A stretch of DNA of 64,000 bases, from positions 128,001 to 192,000 of the forward strand of contig CAWJRG010000001.1 of NCBI GenBank assembly GCA_963845185.1, in the 5' to 3' direction. How positions within the stretch are numbered: position 1 is the first letter of the stretch; each line of letters opens with the position of its first letter. The notes under the pieces were generated by a model. It was not told where the DNA came from. It was given only the letters and a program-made list of their open reading frames with translations, and did not search any database. This document shows, in pieces, positions 31,701-43,619 of the stretch. A program made the position numbers and the translations under genes. Origin of the DNA: an uncultured bacterium. GTDB taxonomy: Bacteria; Oederibacteriota; PGYV01; CAWJRG01.

Positions 31701-34700
31701 TGTCGGTGTGCCTGTCGGTGTCCATGTCGGTGTATTTGTCGGTGTCCATGTCGGTGTATTTGTCGGTGTCCATGTCGGGGTGTTCGTCGGTGTCCATGTC
31801 GGTGTATTTGTCGGCGTACTTGTCGGCGTATTTGTCGGTGTATTTGTCGGTGTCCATGTTGGCGTATCCGTCGGCGTCCATGTCGGTGTATTCGTCGGCG
31901 TCCACGTTGGTGTATTCGTCGGTGTCCATGTTGGCGTATTTGTCGACGTCCATGTTGGTGTATTTGTCGGTGTATTTGTCGGTGTCCATGTTGGCGTATT
32001 TGTAGGTGTATTTGTTGGTGTACCTGTCGGTGTCCAAGTCGGTGTATTCGTCGGTGTCCATGTTGGCGTACTTGTCGGCGTCCATGTCGGCGTATTCGTC
32101 GGTGTCCATGTCGGCGTATTTGTAGGCGTCCATGTCGGTGTATTTGTAGGCGTCCATGTCGGTGTATTTGTAGGCGTCCATGTCGGCGTATTTGTAGGTG
32201 TGCCTGTCGGTGTCCATGTCGGTGTATTTGTCGGTGTCCATGTTGGTGTATTCGTCGGTGTCCATGTTGGTGTATTCGTCGGCGTCCATGTTGGTGTATT
32301 CGTCGGCGTCCATGTCGGCGTATTTGTAGGTGTGCCTGTCGGTGTCCATGTCGGTGTATTTGTCGGTGTCCATGTTGGTGTATTCGTCGGTGTCCATGTT
32401 GGTGTATCCGTCGGCGTCCATGTTGGTGTATTCGTCGGCGTCCATGTCGGCGTATTTGTTGGTGTGCCTGTCGGTGTCCATGTCGGTGTATTTGTCGGTG
32501 TCCAGGTTGGCGTATCCGTCGGCGTATCTGTCGGCGTACCAGTTGGTGTCCATGTCGGCGTATTCGTCGGTGTCCAGGTTGGCGTATCCGTCGGCGTACT
32601 TGTTGGCGTCCATGTCGGTGTATTTGTCGGTGTCCATGTCGGTGTATTAGTCGGTGTATTTGTTGGTGTACCTGTCGGTGTCCAGGTCGGCGTATTCGTC
32701 GGCGTATTTGTCGGCGTATTTGTCGGCGTCCATGTTGGCGTATTTGTCGGCGTCCATGTTGGCGTATTTGTCGGCGTCCATGTTGGGGTATTCGTCGGTG
32801 TCCATGTTGGCGTATTCGTTGGCGTCCACGTTGGTGTATTCGTCTGTGTCCATGTTGGTGTATTTGTCGGTGTACTTGTAGGCGTATTTGTTGGTGTACC
32901 TGTCGGTGTCCATGTCGGCGTATTCGTCGGTGTCCATGTCGGCGTATTTGTCGGTGTCCATGTCGGCGTATTTGTCGGTGTGCCTGTAGGTGTATTTGTT
33001 GGCGTACTTGTTGGTGTCCATGTTGGCGTATTCGTTGGCGTCCACGTTGGTGTATTCGTCTGTGTCCATGTTGGTGTATTTGTCGGTGTACTTGTAGGCG
33101 TATTTGTTGGTGTATTTGTCGGCGTATACGTCGGCGTACTTGTAGGCGTATTTGTTGGTGTACCTGTCGGTGTCCATGTTGGGGTATTTGTCGGCGTACT
33201 TGTCGGTGTATTCGTCGTGGTCCATGTCGGCGTATTTGTCGGCGTCCATGTCGGCGTATTTGTCGGTGTCCATGTCAGCGTATTTGTCGGTGTGCCTGTT
33301 GGTGTATTTGTTGGCGTACTTGTTGGCGTCCATGTTGGCGTATTTGTCGGCGTATTTGTTGGCGTCCATGTCGGTGTATTTGTTGGTGTCCATGTCGGCG
33401 TATTTGTCGGTGTGCCCGTCGGTGTCCATGTCGGTGTATTTGTTGGTGTCCATGTCGGCGTATTTGTAGGCGTATTTGTCGGTGTGCCCGTCGGGTCCAT
33501 GTCGGTGTATTCGTCGGTGTATTCGTTGGTGTGCCTGTAGGTGTATTTGTTGGCGTATTTGTCGGTGTCCATGTTGGCGTATTCGTTGGTGTATTTGTCG
33601 GCGTATACGTCGGCGTACTTGTAGGCGTATTTGTTGGTGTACCTGTCGGTGTCCATGTCGGCGTATTCGTCGGTGTCCATGTCGGCGTATTTGTCGGTGT
33701 CCATGTCGGCGTATTTGTCGGTGTGCCTGTAGGTGTATTTGTTGGCGTACTTGTTGGTGTCCATGTTGGCGTATTCGTTGGCGTCCACGTTGGTGTATTC
33801 GTCTGTGTCCATGTTGGTGTATTTGTCGGTGTACTTGTAGGCGTATTTGTTGGTGTATTTGTCGGCGTATACGTCGGCGTACTTGTTGGCGTCCACGTTG
33901 GCGATGTAGTAGCTGTCCATGTTGGCGTACTCGTCGGCGTATTTGTTGGTGTCCATGTCGGCGTATTTGTAGGCGTATTTGTCGGTGTGCCCGTCGGGGT
34001 CCATGTCGGTGTATTCGTCGGTGTATTCGTTGGTGTGCCTGTAGGTGTATTTGTTGGCGTATTTGTCGGTGTCCATGTTGGCGTATTCGTTGGTGTATTT
34101 GTCGGCGTATACGTCGGCGTACTTGTAGGCGTATTTGTTGGTGTACCTGTCGGTGTCCATGTCGGCGTATTCGTCGGTGTCCATGTCGGCGTATTTGTCG
34201 GTGTCCATGTCGGCGTATTTGTCGGTGTCCATGTCAGCGTATTTGTCGGTGTGCCTGTTGGTGTATTTGTTGGCGTACTTGTTGGCGTCCACGTTGGCGA
34301 TGTAGTAGCTGTCCATGTTGGCGTACTCGTCGGCGTATTTGTTGGTGTCCCTGTCGGTGTCCATGTAGGTGTATTTGTCGGCGTGTTTGTCGGTGTACTT
34401 GTCGGCGTCCATGTCGGTGTATTCGTCGGTGTCCATGTCGGCGTATTTGTCGGTGTCCATGTTGGCGTATTCGTTGGTGTGCCTGTTGGAGTCCAAGTTG
34501 GCGTATTTGTAGGCGTCCATGTAGGCGTATTCGTTGGCGTCCACGTTGGTGTATTCGTCGGCGTCCATGTTGGTGTATTCGTCGGCGTCCATGTTGGTGT
34601 ATTTGTTGGTGTGCCTGTCGGGGTCCATGTTGGCGTATTTGTAGGCGTCCATGTCGGCGTATTCGTTGGCGTCCACGTTGGTGTATTCGTCTGTGTCCAT

Positions 34701-37700
34701 GTTGGTGTATTCGTCGGTGTACTTGTAGGCGTATTTGTTGGGGTGCCTGTTGGTGTATTCGTCGGTGTACTCGTTGGCGTATTTGTTGGTGTACCGGTTG
34801 GTGTATTCGTCGGTGTACTCGTAGGCGTATTTGTTGGGGTGCCTGTAGGTGTCCATGTTGGCGTGCTCGTCGGCGTATTTGTAGGCGTATTAGTAGGCGT
34901 ATTTGTAGGCGTCCACGTAGGCGAAGTCGTAGGCGTCCATGTTGGCGTATTCGTCGGCGTGCCGGTCGGTGTATTCGTTGGTGTCCATGTCGCCGTATTT
35001 GTCGGCGTATCTGTATATGTGGATGTTAAAGTCACTGTATCTGTGTATGTAGATGTATAAGTAACTGTCACTGTATATGTCGGCGTTAATGTAAGCGTGT
35101 ATGTGTATGTAAGCGTATATGTCGGCGTAAATGTAGGTGTATTTGTTGGCGTCCATGTCGGTGTAAATGTCGGTGATATGGTGTCGGTCAGTGTTGACGT
35201 TGGCGTCCATGTCGGCGACGCTGTGTATGTCGGCGTATTCGTCGGGCTCCATGTCGGCGTATCTGTGTATGTAGACGTCAGCGTCACTGTCACTGTATAT
35301 GAATATGTATATGTAACCGTAACTGTGTATGTCGATGTCAATGTAAGCGTGTATGTGTATGTAGGCGTATATGTCGGCGTGAATGTTGGCGTATTTGTTG
35401 GCGTCCATGTCGGTGTAAATGTCGGTGATATGGTGTCGGTCAGTGTTGACGTTGGCGTCCAGGTCGGCGACGCTGTGTATGTCGGCGTATTCGTCGGGCT
35501 CCATGTCGGCGTATCTGTGTATGTAGACGTCAGCGTCACTGTCACTGTATATGAATATGTATAAGTAACTGTAACTGTGTATGTCGATGTCAATGTAAGC
35601 GTGTATGTGTATGTAGGCGTATATGTCGGCGTAAATGTTGGCGTATTTGTTGGCGTCCATGTCGGTGTATTTGTTGGCGATATGGTGTCGGTCAGTGTTG
35701 ACGTTGGTGTCCAGGTTGGCGACGCTGTGTATGTCGGCGTATTCGTCGGGCTCCACGTCGGTGTGTCCGTGTATGTAGACGTCAGCGTCACTGTCACTGT
35801 ATATGAATATGTATAAGTAACTGTAACTGTGTATGTCGATGTCAATGTAAGCGTGTATGTGTATGTAGGCGTATATGTCGGCGTGAATGTTGGCGTATTT
35901 GTTGGCGTCCATGTCGGTGTAAATGTCGGTGATATGGTGTCGGTCAGTGTTGACGTTGGTGTCCAGGTCGGCGACGCTGTGTATGTCGGCGTATTCGTCG
36001 GGCTCCACGTCGGTGTGTCCGTGTATGTAGATGTCAATGTCACTGTCACCGTATATGTGTATGTATAAGTAACTGTAACTGTGTATGTTGATGTCAATGT
36101 AAGCGTGTATGTGTATGTAGGCGTATATGTCGGCGTGAACGTTGGTGTATTTGTTGAAGTCCATGTCGGTGTAAATGTCGGTGACATCGAGTTGGTCAGT
36201 GTTGCCGTCGGCGTCCATGTTGGTGACGGTGTATTTGTCGGCGTGTTTGTCGGGCTCCACGTCGGCGTGTCCGTGTATGTAGATGTCAATGTCACTGTCA
36301 CCGTATATGTGTATGTATAAGTAACAGTCACTGTATACGTTGACGTTAATGTAAGTGTGTATGTATATGTCGGTGTATTAGTCGGCGTATTTGTCGGTGT
36401 ATTAGTCGGCGTATTTGTCGGTGTATTTGTCGGCGTTCCAGTGGGCGTATTTGTCGGTGTCCATGTCGGTGTCCATGTCGGTGATGTAGTCGGTGTGTTA
36501 GTCGGCGTATTTGTCGGTGTGCTTGTCGGCGTATTTGTCGGTGTCCTTGTAGGCGTATTTGTCGGTGTACCTGTCGGCGTATTTGTCGGTGTCCACGTAG
36601 GCGTATTTGTCGGTGTGCCTGTCGGCGTATTTGTCAGCGTCCACGTAGGTGTATTTGTTGGTGTGCCTGTCGGCGTATTTGTTGGTGTATTTGTCGGCGT
36701 GCTTGTCGGTGTCCATGTCGGCGTATTCGTCGGCGTCCACGTAGGCGATGTAGTAGATGTCCACGTCGGTGTATTCGTCGGCGTCCATGTAGGTGTATTC
36801 GTCGGGGTCCATGTTGGCGTATTTGTTGGTGTGCCTGTTGGCGTATTTGTAGGCGTCCAAGTCGGCGTATTCGTCGGTGTGCCTGTTGGCGTATTTGTCG
36901 GTGTCCATGTCGGCGTATTTGTCGGCGTGCCTGTCGGTGTATTTGTAGGCGTCCATGTAGGCGTGCTTGTCGGTGTCCATGTCGGCGTATTCGTCGGTGT
37001 CCATGTCGGCGATGTAGTAGATGTCCATGTTGGTGTATTAGTAGGCGTCCATGTTGGTGTATTTGTAGGTGTGCTTGTTGGTGTATTCGTCGGTGTACTT
37101 GTCGGCGTATTCGTCGGTGTCCACGTCGGCGTATTTGTAGGCGTGCCTGTCGGTGTATTCGTCGGTGTCCACGTCGGTGTATTCGTTGGTGTGCCTGTCG
37201 GTGTATTTGTCGGCGTCCACGTCGGTGTATTCGTCGGTGTTCCTGTCGGTGTATTTGTAGGTGTCCATGTCGGCGATGTAGTAGGTGTCCATGTTGGCGT
37301 ATTTGTCGATGTCCATGTTGGCGTATTTGTCGATGTCCATGTTGGCGTATTCGTCGATGTCCATGTTGGCGTATTTGTCGGCGTATTCGTCGGCGTATTT
37401 GTTTTTGTATCCGTCACTGTCACCGTATAAGTTGGGGTTGCCGAAGGCGTTGCCGTATATGTTGGCGTAATGGTAGCTGAAAATATTATTTGCGTAAATG
37501 TCATTGTTATTGTGTACGTCGGGGTGTTGGTCGGGCTCCACGTGGGTGTTGCCGTGTATGTTGACGTCAGTGTTACTGTCACTGTATATGTATATGTGTA
37601 TGTAACCGTCACTGTGTACGTCGGCGTCCATGTTGGCGTATTTGTCGGTGACACAGTGTTGGTTGGTGTTGATGTAGGCGACCACGTCGGTGTATTTGTA

Positions 37701-40700
37701 TATGTCTGTGTCCATGTCGGAGTATTTGTCGGCGTGCCGGTCGGTGTATTCGTCGGCGTCCATGTCGGAGTATTTGTTGGCGTGCCGGTAGGTGTATTTG
37801 TCGGCGTCCATGTCGGAGTATTTGTCGGTGTTGCTGTAGGCGTCCATGTTGGCGTAAATGTCGGTGACATCGAGTTGGTCAGTGTTGCCGTCGGTGTCCA
37901 CGTAGGTGATGGTGTATTTGTCGGCGTGTTAGTCGGGCTCCATGTCGGCGTTGCCGTGTATGTTGACGTCAGCGTTACTGTCACTGTATATGTGTAAGTG
38001 TACGTTACTGTCACTGTATACGTTGATGTCAATGTCAGTGTGTATGTATATGTCGGCGTATTCGTAGGCGTGTATGTCGGCGTATTTGTTGGTGTCCACG
38101 TTGGCGTGAATGTCGGCGATATTGTGTTGGTCAACGTTGCTGTCGGCGTCCATGTTGGTGACGGTGTATTTGTCGGCGTATTCGTCGGGCTCCATGTCGG
38201 TGTCGCTGTATATGTTGACGTCAGCGTCACTGTTACTGTATATGAGTATGTGTACGTTACTGTCACTGTATACGTTGATGTCAATGTCAGTGTGTATGTA
38301 TATGTGGGCGTATTCGTCGGCGTGTTCGTCGGCGTATTTGTCGGCGTCCACGTCGGCGTGAATGTCGGTGACATCGAGTTGGTCAGTGTTGCCGTCGGCG
38401 TCCATGTAGGTGAAGGTGTATTTGTCGGCGTGTTCGTCGGGCTCCATGTCGGCGTTGCCGTGTATGTTGACGTCAGCGTCACTGTTACTGTATATGTGTA
38501 TGTGTACGTTACTGTCACTGTATACGTTGATGTCAATGTCAGTGTGTATGTATATGTGGGCGTATTCGTCGGCGTCCATGTCGGCGTATTTGTTGGTGTC
38601 CATGTCGGCGTGAATGTCGGCGATATTGTGTTGGTCAACGTTGCTGTCGGCGTCCACGTTGGCGTCCAGGTCCATGTTGGCGTGTTTGTCGGGCTCCATG
38701 TTGGCGTAGCCGTGTATGTATAAGTTGAAGTAACTGTTACTGTATATGTGTATGTGTACGTAACCGTCACTGTATATGTTGATGTCAATGTTAGCGTGTA
38801 TGTGTATGTCGGTGTATTTGTTGGTGTGTATGTTGATGTATTTGTTGGTGTCCACGTCGGTGTAAATGTAGGCGATATTGTATTGGTCTTTGTTGCCGTT
38901 GGCGTCCACGTTGGCGTCCAGGTCCATGTCGGCGTGTTTGTCGGGCTCCATGTTGGCGTAGCCGTGTATGTATAAGTTGAAGTAACTGTTACTGTATATG
39001 TGTATGTGTACGTAACCGTCACTGTATATGTTGATGTCAATGTTAGCGTGTATGTGTATGTCGGTGTATTTGTTGGTGTGTATGTTGATGTATTTGTTGG
39101 TGTCCACGTCGGTGTAAATGTAGGCGATATTGTATTGGTCAGCGTTGCTGTCGGCGTCCACGTTGGTGTCCATGTCCATGTTGGCGTGTTTGTCGGGCTC
39201 CATGTTGGCGTAGCCGTGTATGTATAAGTTGAAGTAACTGTTACTGTATATGTGTATGTGTACGTAACCGTCACTGTATATGTTGATGTCAATGTTAGCG
39301 TGTATGTGTATGTCGGCGTATTTGTTGGTGTGTATGTTGATGTATTTGTTGGTGTCCACGTCGGTGTAAATGTAGGCGATATTGTATTGGTCTTTGTTGC
39401 CGTTGGCGTCCACGTTGGCGTCCAGGTCCATGTCGGCGTGTTTGTCGGGCTCCATGTTGGCGTAGCCGTGTATGTATAAGTCGAAGTAACTGTTACTGTA
39501 TATGTGTATGTGTACGTAACCGTCACTGTATATGTTGATGTCAATGTTAGCGTGTATGTGTATGTCGGTGTATTTGTCGGCGTCCATGTCGGCGTATTTG
39601 TTGGTGTCCATGTTGGCGTGAATGTCGGCGATATTGTGTTGGTCAGCGTTGCTGTAGGCGTCCACGTTGGCGTCCAGGTCCATGTCGGCGTGTTTGTCGG
39701 GCTCCACGTAGGTGTTGCCGTGTATGTGGACGTCAATGTTACAGTCACTGTATATGTGGATGTGTAAGTAACAGTTATTGTGTACGTAGGCGTGGGTGTC
39801 AGCGTATATGTGTATGTAGGTGTATTCGTCGGTGTCCATGTCGGTGTCCTGGTCGGTGTCCACGTAGGAGTGAATGTCGGTGATATCGAATTCGTCGGCG
39901 TATTTGTAGGCGTCCACGTTGGCGTCCAGGTCCATGTTGGCGTATTCGTCGGGCTCCATGTCGGCGTTGCCGTATATGTGAACGTCAGCGTTACCGTCAC
40001 TGTATACGTGGATGTGTAAGTTACAGTCACTGTATACGTAGGCGTCGGTGTCAGTGTGTATGTGTATGTCGGCGTATTTGTCGGTGTGTATGTCGGTGTA
40101 TTTGTCGGCGTATTCGTCGGTGTCCACGTCTTTGATATCGTGTTCGTTGGTGTTGCTGTAGGCGTCCACGTCGGCGTAAATGTCCACGTTGGCGTATTCG
40201 TCGGGCTCCATGTCGGCGTTGCCGTATATGTGAACGTCAGCGTTACCGTCACTGTATACGTGGATGTGTAAGTTACCGTCACTGTATACGTAGGCGTCGG
40301 TGTCAGTGTGTATGTGTATGTCGGCGTATTTGTCGGTGTGTATGTCGGTGTATTTGTCGGCGTATTCGTCGGTGTCCACGTCTTTGATATCGTGTTCGTT
40401 GGTGTTGCTGTAGGCGTCCACGTCGGCGTAAATGTCCATGTTGGCGTATTCGTCGGGCTCCATGTCGGCGTTGCCGTATATGTGAACGTCAGCGTTACCG
40501 TCACTGTATACGTGGATGTGTAAGTTACCGTCACTGTGTACGTAGGCGTGGGTGTCAGCGTGTATGTGTATGTAGGTGTATTCGTCGGCGTCCATGTCGG
40601 TGTCCTGGTCGGTGTCCACGTAGGAGTGAATGTCGGTGATATCGAATTCGTCGGCGTATTTGTCGGCGTCCACGTCGGTGTCCATGTCCATGTCGGTGTG

Positions 40701-43564
40701 TTTGTCGGGCTCCACGTCGGTGTTGCCGTGTATGTATAAGTCGAGGTATCTGTCATTGTATATGTAAATGTGTAAGTAACCGTCACTGTATATGTCGGCG
40801 TCGGTGTATATGTGCGTGTCCATGTAGGTGTATTAGTCGGTGTCCAGGTCGGTGTTGCTGTCGGCGTCCACGTCGGCGTATTTGTCGGTGTCCATGTAGG
40901 CGTTGCTGTAAGTGTATTTGTTGGCGTCCACGTCGGCGATGTTGAATTTGTTCTTGTTGCTGTAGGCGTCCAAGTAGGTGTATTAGTCGGCGTCCAGGAC
41001 GGTGTTGCTGTAGGCGTCCATGTCGGCGTATTTGTTGATGTCCATGTCGGTGTAAATGTAGGCGTCCACGTTGGCGTATTTGTAGGCGTCCACGTAGGTG
41101 TTGCCGTAGGCGTATTTGTCGGCGTGAATGTCGGCGACATTGTGTTGGTTTTTGTCGCAGTCAGCGTCCAGGTTGGTGTCGATGTCCATGTCGATGTGCC
41201 GGTCGGGCTCCACGTCGGCGTCCATGTCGGTGTCCATGTAGAAGTATTTGTCGGCGTGCCCGAATACGTCAATGTCGGCGAGTTTGTATAAGTATAAGTC
41301 GGCGTTGCCGTATATGTGAATGTCAGTGTCCGCGTCAATGTCGCCGTCAGTGTTGTCGTGGATGTCGGTGTCCACGTATCGGTTATTACAATAAGTCCAA
41401 CGAGATTCGAATTTCCTAGGTTCCAGTCTGCCATGTTCTGCACGCCTGTAGGCGTTGCTGACGGCGGCGGTATTGGAGTCAGTGTCATTGTGTATGTCAG
41501 CGTCGGTATTGGTGTCAGTGTCCGTGAGTATGTAGGCGTAGGAGTCCTCGAAGGCGTCGCAGATATTGTCGGTGTGTTTGTAGGAGAGCCGTTTGACACG
41601 GTAAATGCAATACATGCCTGGTTTCCTATGCTGAGGCTTGGATTCGCGTAAATGTTGCAGTCCCTCACCGCCACTATCGCGTAATATGTGCCGTTTGCCC
41701 AATCCGAGGGCACTGTCATGTAAATCGGGCCGCCGCCAGGTTCCATTCCACAGGAAGCGTCCGTGGTATTGTGCCATTGGCAGTCTTCCGAACACTGGCT
41801 TGTCCTTCCGCCGGCTACCTCGAGGTTCAAGACATCCATGCCTGCTTCGGAAACAAGTACCACCTGCCCATTAGTCGTGGTTCCGTCCGCCTGCACGGCA
41901 CACTGGTTTGAAAGAGCTGCGAAATAGGAGAGTTTGCAGCCGCTGTTTGCGCCTCCGAATTGAAATGTGACTGTCACATTCTGCCCCGGCGCCACTGAGC
42001 CAGGTGATACTGCGAGGTTGCGGATGGATGAAGCCGGAATGCATGTGGGAGTCTGGCTGGGCGGAGGGGTAAGCGTCCATGTCGCCGTAGGTACAAACCA
42101 TGTAGCTGTCTGCGTTTGCCAGTATATTGCGGTCTGTGTCGCGATATAATTTGCTGTTGCTGTCTGTACTACTGCTGTTTGCTGCACTGCTGTTTGTGTT
42201 TGTCCTACGATCGCTGTTTGTGTAGCTTGGTATTGAGCAGTGGCTGTTTGTTGTGCTGCTGCTGTTTGTGTTAAATTTGGTGTCGGCGACAATGTATACG
42301 TCGCCGTAATAGTTGTCGTATACACCGGTGATATTGTGCTGGTCGGCAATATCGTGCCTGTTTTTGTGTTTGTTGGCGACCATGTCGGCGAATAAACCGG
42401 CGTATTTGTCGGCGTCCATGTCGGTGAATAAATAGGCGTGTTTGTCGGGCTGTTCGAGCCACTATACTCATATGCCCCTATGGAATATTTCCCGTTTCCA
42501 TTCGGCCTTGCTTTCCCGTCGTAGTCTACGGACGGCGCTCCTGTGGCGGTCGCGTTGTTTATGCTCTGTGCGCCTGCTTTCAGGTGCAGGTCCGGTGTCC
42601 CGCTTGTCGTTGGGTTTACCACCTCATTTGCCGGTACGACGCCAAATATATTACCAGTCCCCGAAAAACTCGCCTGCTGCGAAAATGCATTGTATGTGAT
42701 CACAGCATCGTCATTTGTCGTTGTCAAACTCAGGTCTGTTGTATTACTGATAAAAAGGCTGTTCGTTATGTAACCTACATTTCCGTTGTTCTGGCTTGCA
42801 TTATCCCAGTATGCTATGTTGTTGTTAAAAAATGTGCAGTTCATTACATCAGTCATCATTTGCCTGTTGGCGCCTGTGTTATATACAGCCGCCGAGTTGG
42901 CTGCCGTGAAACCATATAACAGGTCATTTTCCAGGTATGGCTGATCGCCCGCGTTTCCGTTTTGCTGGGCGTTTTCTACGCCGTATTCTGTTGTCGTCGA
43001 GCTCCCGAGTATTTTGGACTGCTTTATATATAAATTCTTTGCATCCCCGGCATTTGCCAGGTAAACTACGGCATTATTGGTAGTTGAAGTATCTGTCCTC
43101 TCAAGAACGCATGAATCAAAAGTGACGTTCGCGTTGGTATTGCTGAGTTCCACCGTGTAACCGCCGCCCGATGAGTGGTCTATAATTACGTTGGAAATTG
43201 TTATAGGTGTCGTACCGCTCCAGTTGGGATGAAAGTACATGGTAGGATTTGAACCGGTTCCTGTTATTGAATATGTATTTCCGGACTGGGATGTAATATT
43301 TACGTATTTTACGTTTGACCCAAAATCAATATTATCAGTTATGTTCGAAATAAGCTGCAGGGTATCCCCGCTTGCCACTGAACCGCTTGCCAATGCCAGT
43401 GTTATTGTAGCATACTGCCCGCCAGACCCTATTGTCCATGTCGCTGAAAATGCAAAAACAGGCAGTAGAATAAGCCCTATTGCCACGAAGCAGCATTTCA
43501 ATTTTCCCCTAAAAATAGATAGACTGGTCCTGCGACTTTCCGGAACCAGTCTTATCTTTCTCAT
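28758..43564 (-). CDS. Giant secreted protein (~4935 aa when rejoined), frameshifted at 33493-33495: beta-helix (pectin-lyase-like) head with choice-of-anchor-Q-like motif, Cys-containing domain, ~3900-aa (Thr/Ser)-X stalk, two FlgD-Ig-like domains and a T9SS-like C-terminal domain
   Basis: ORF 33275..43564 leaves the TPT frame at ..TPTWT|RRAH, exactly where ORF 28758..34856 enters it (..MDP|TGTPT). Head has [22 protein letters not shown] and [29 protein letters not shown]. The tail is highly similar to that of 17940..28351. Confidence 0.85.
35000..40990 (-). repeat. Intragenic 252 nt / 84 aa tandem repeats in two blocks (~35000-36400, about 5-6 copies; ~37800-40990, about 12 copies)
   Basis: 252-nt periodicity (35577, 35829, 36081; 38748, 39000, 39252, 39504); same unit layout as in the neighbouring giant gene. 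Confidence 0.85.
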
Positions 43565-43619
43565 AATTACACTTCCCTCCCGTATTTTTTCCCGCCTAAA
43601 AATCAGCGGGGTTCATGCG

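Noticed and set aside
33476..35029. 517-aa Cys/Arg/Trp-rich ORF resembling a metallothionein or defensin
   Set aside because: Third-frame antisense shadow of the TPTN/TPTW repeat
20353..40823. Long minus-strand alternative-frame ORFs rich in D/T/Y/K/A/M (e.g. 37929..40823, 31039..32637, N-terminal part of 28758..34856)
   Set aside because: Frame-shifted readings of the same low-complexity repeat, which rarely generates stops; no evidence of separate coding
20900..40990. Regularly spaced repeats as a possible CRISPR array
   Set aside because: Units are in-frame coding repeats with no unique spacers, and no cas genes are present
19138..41291. Long plus-strand Val/Gly-rich ORFs (e.g. 29761..33540, 19138..21951, also 3338..4141)
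   Set aside because: Exact antisense shadows of Thr-Pro codons (ACN CCN reads as V/G); no SD, signal peptide or independent features
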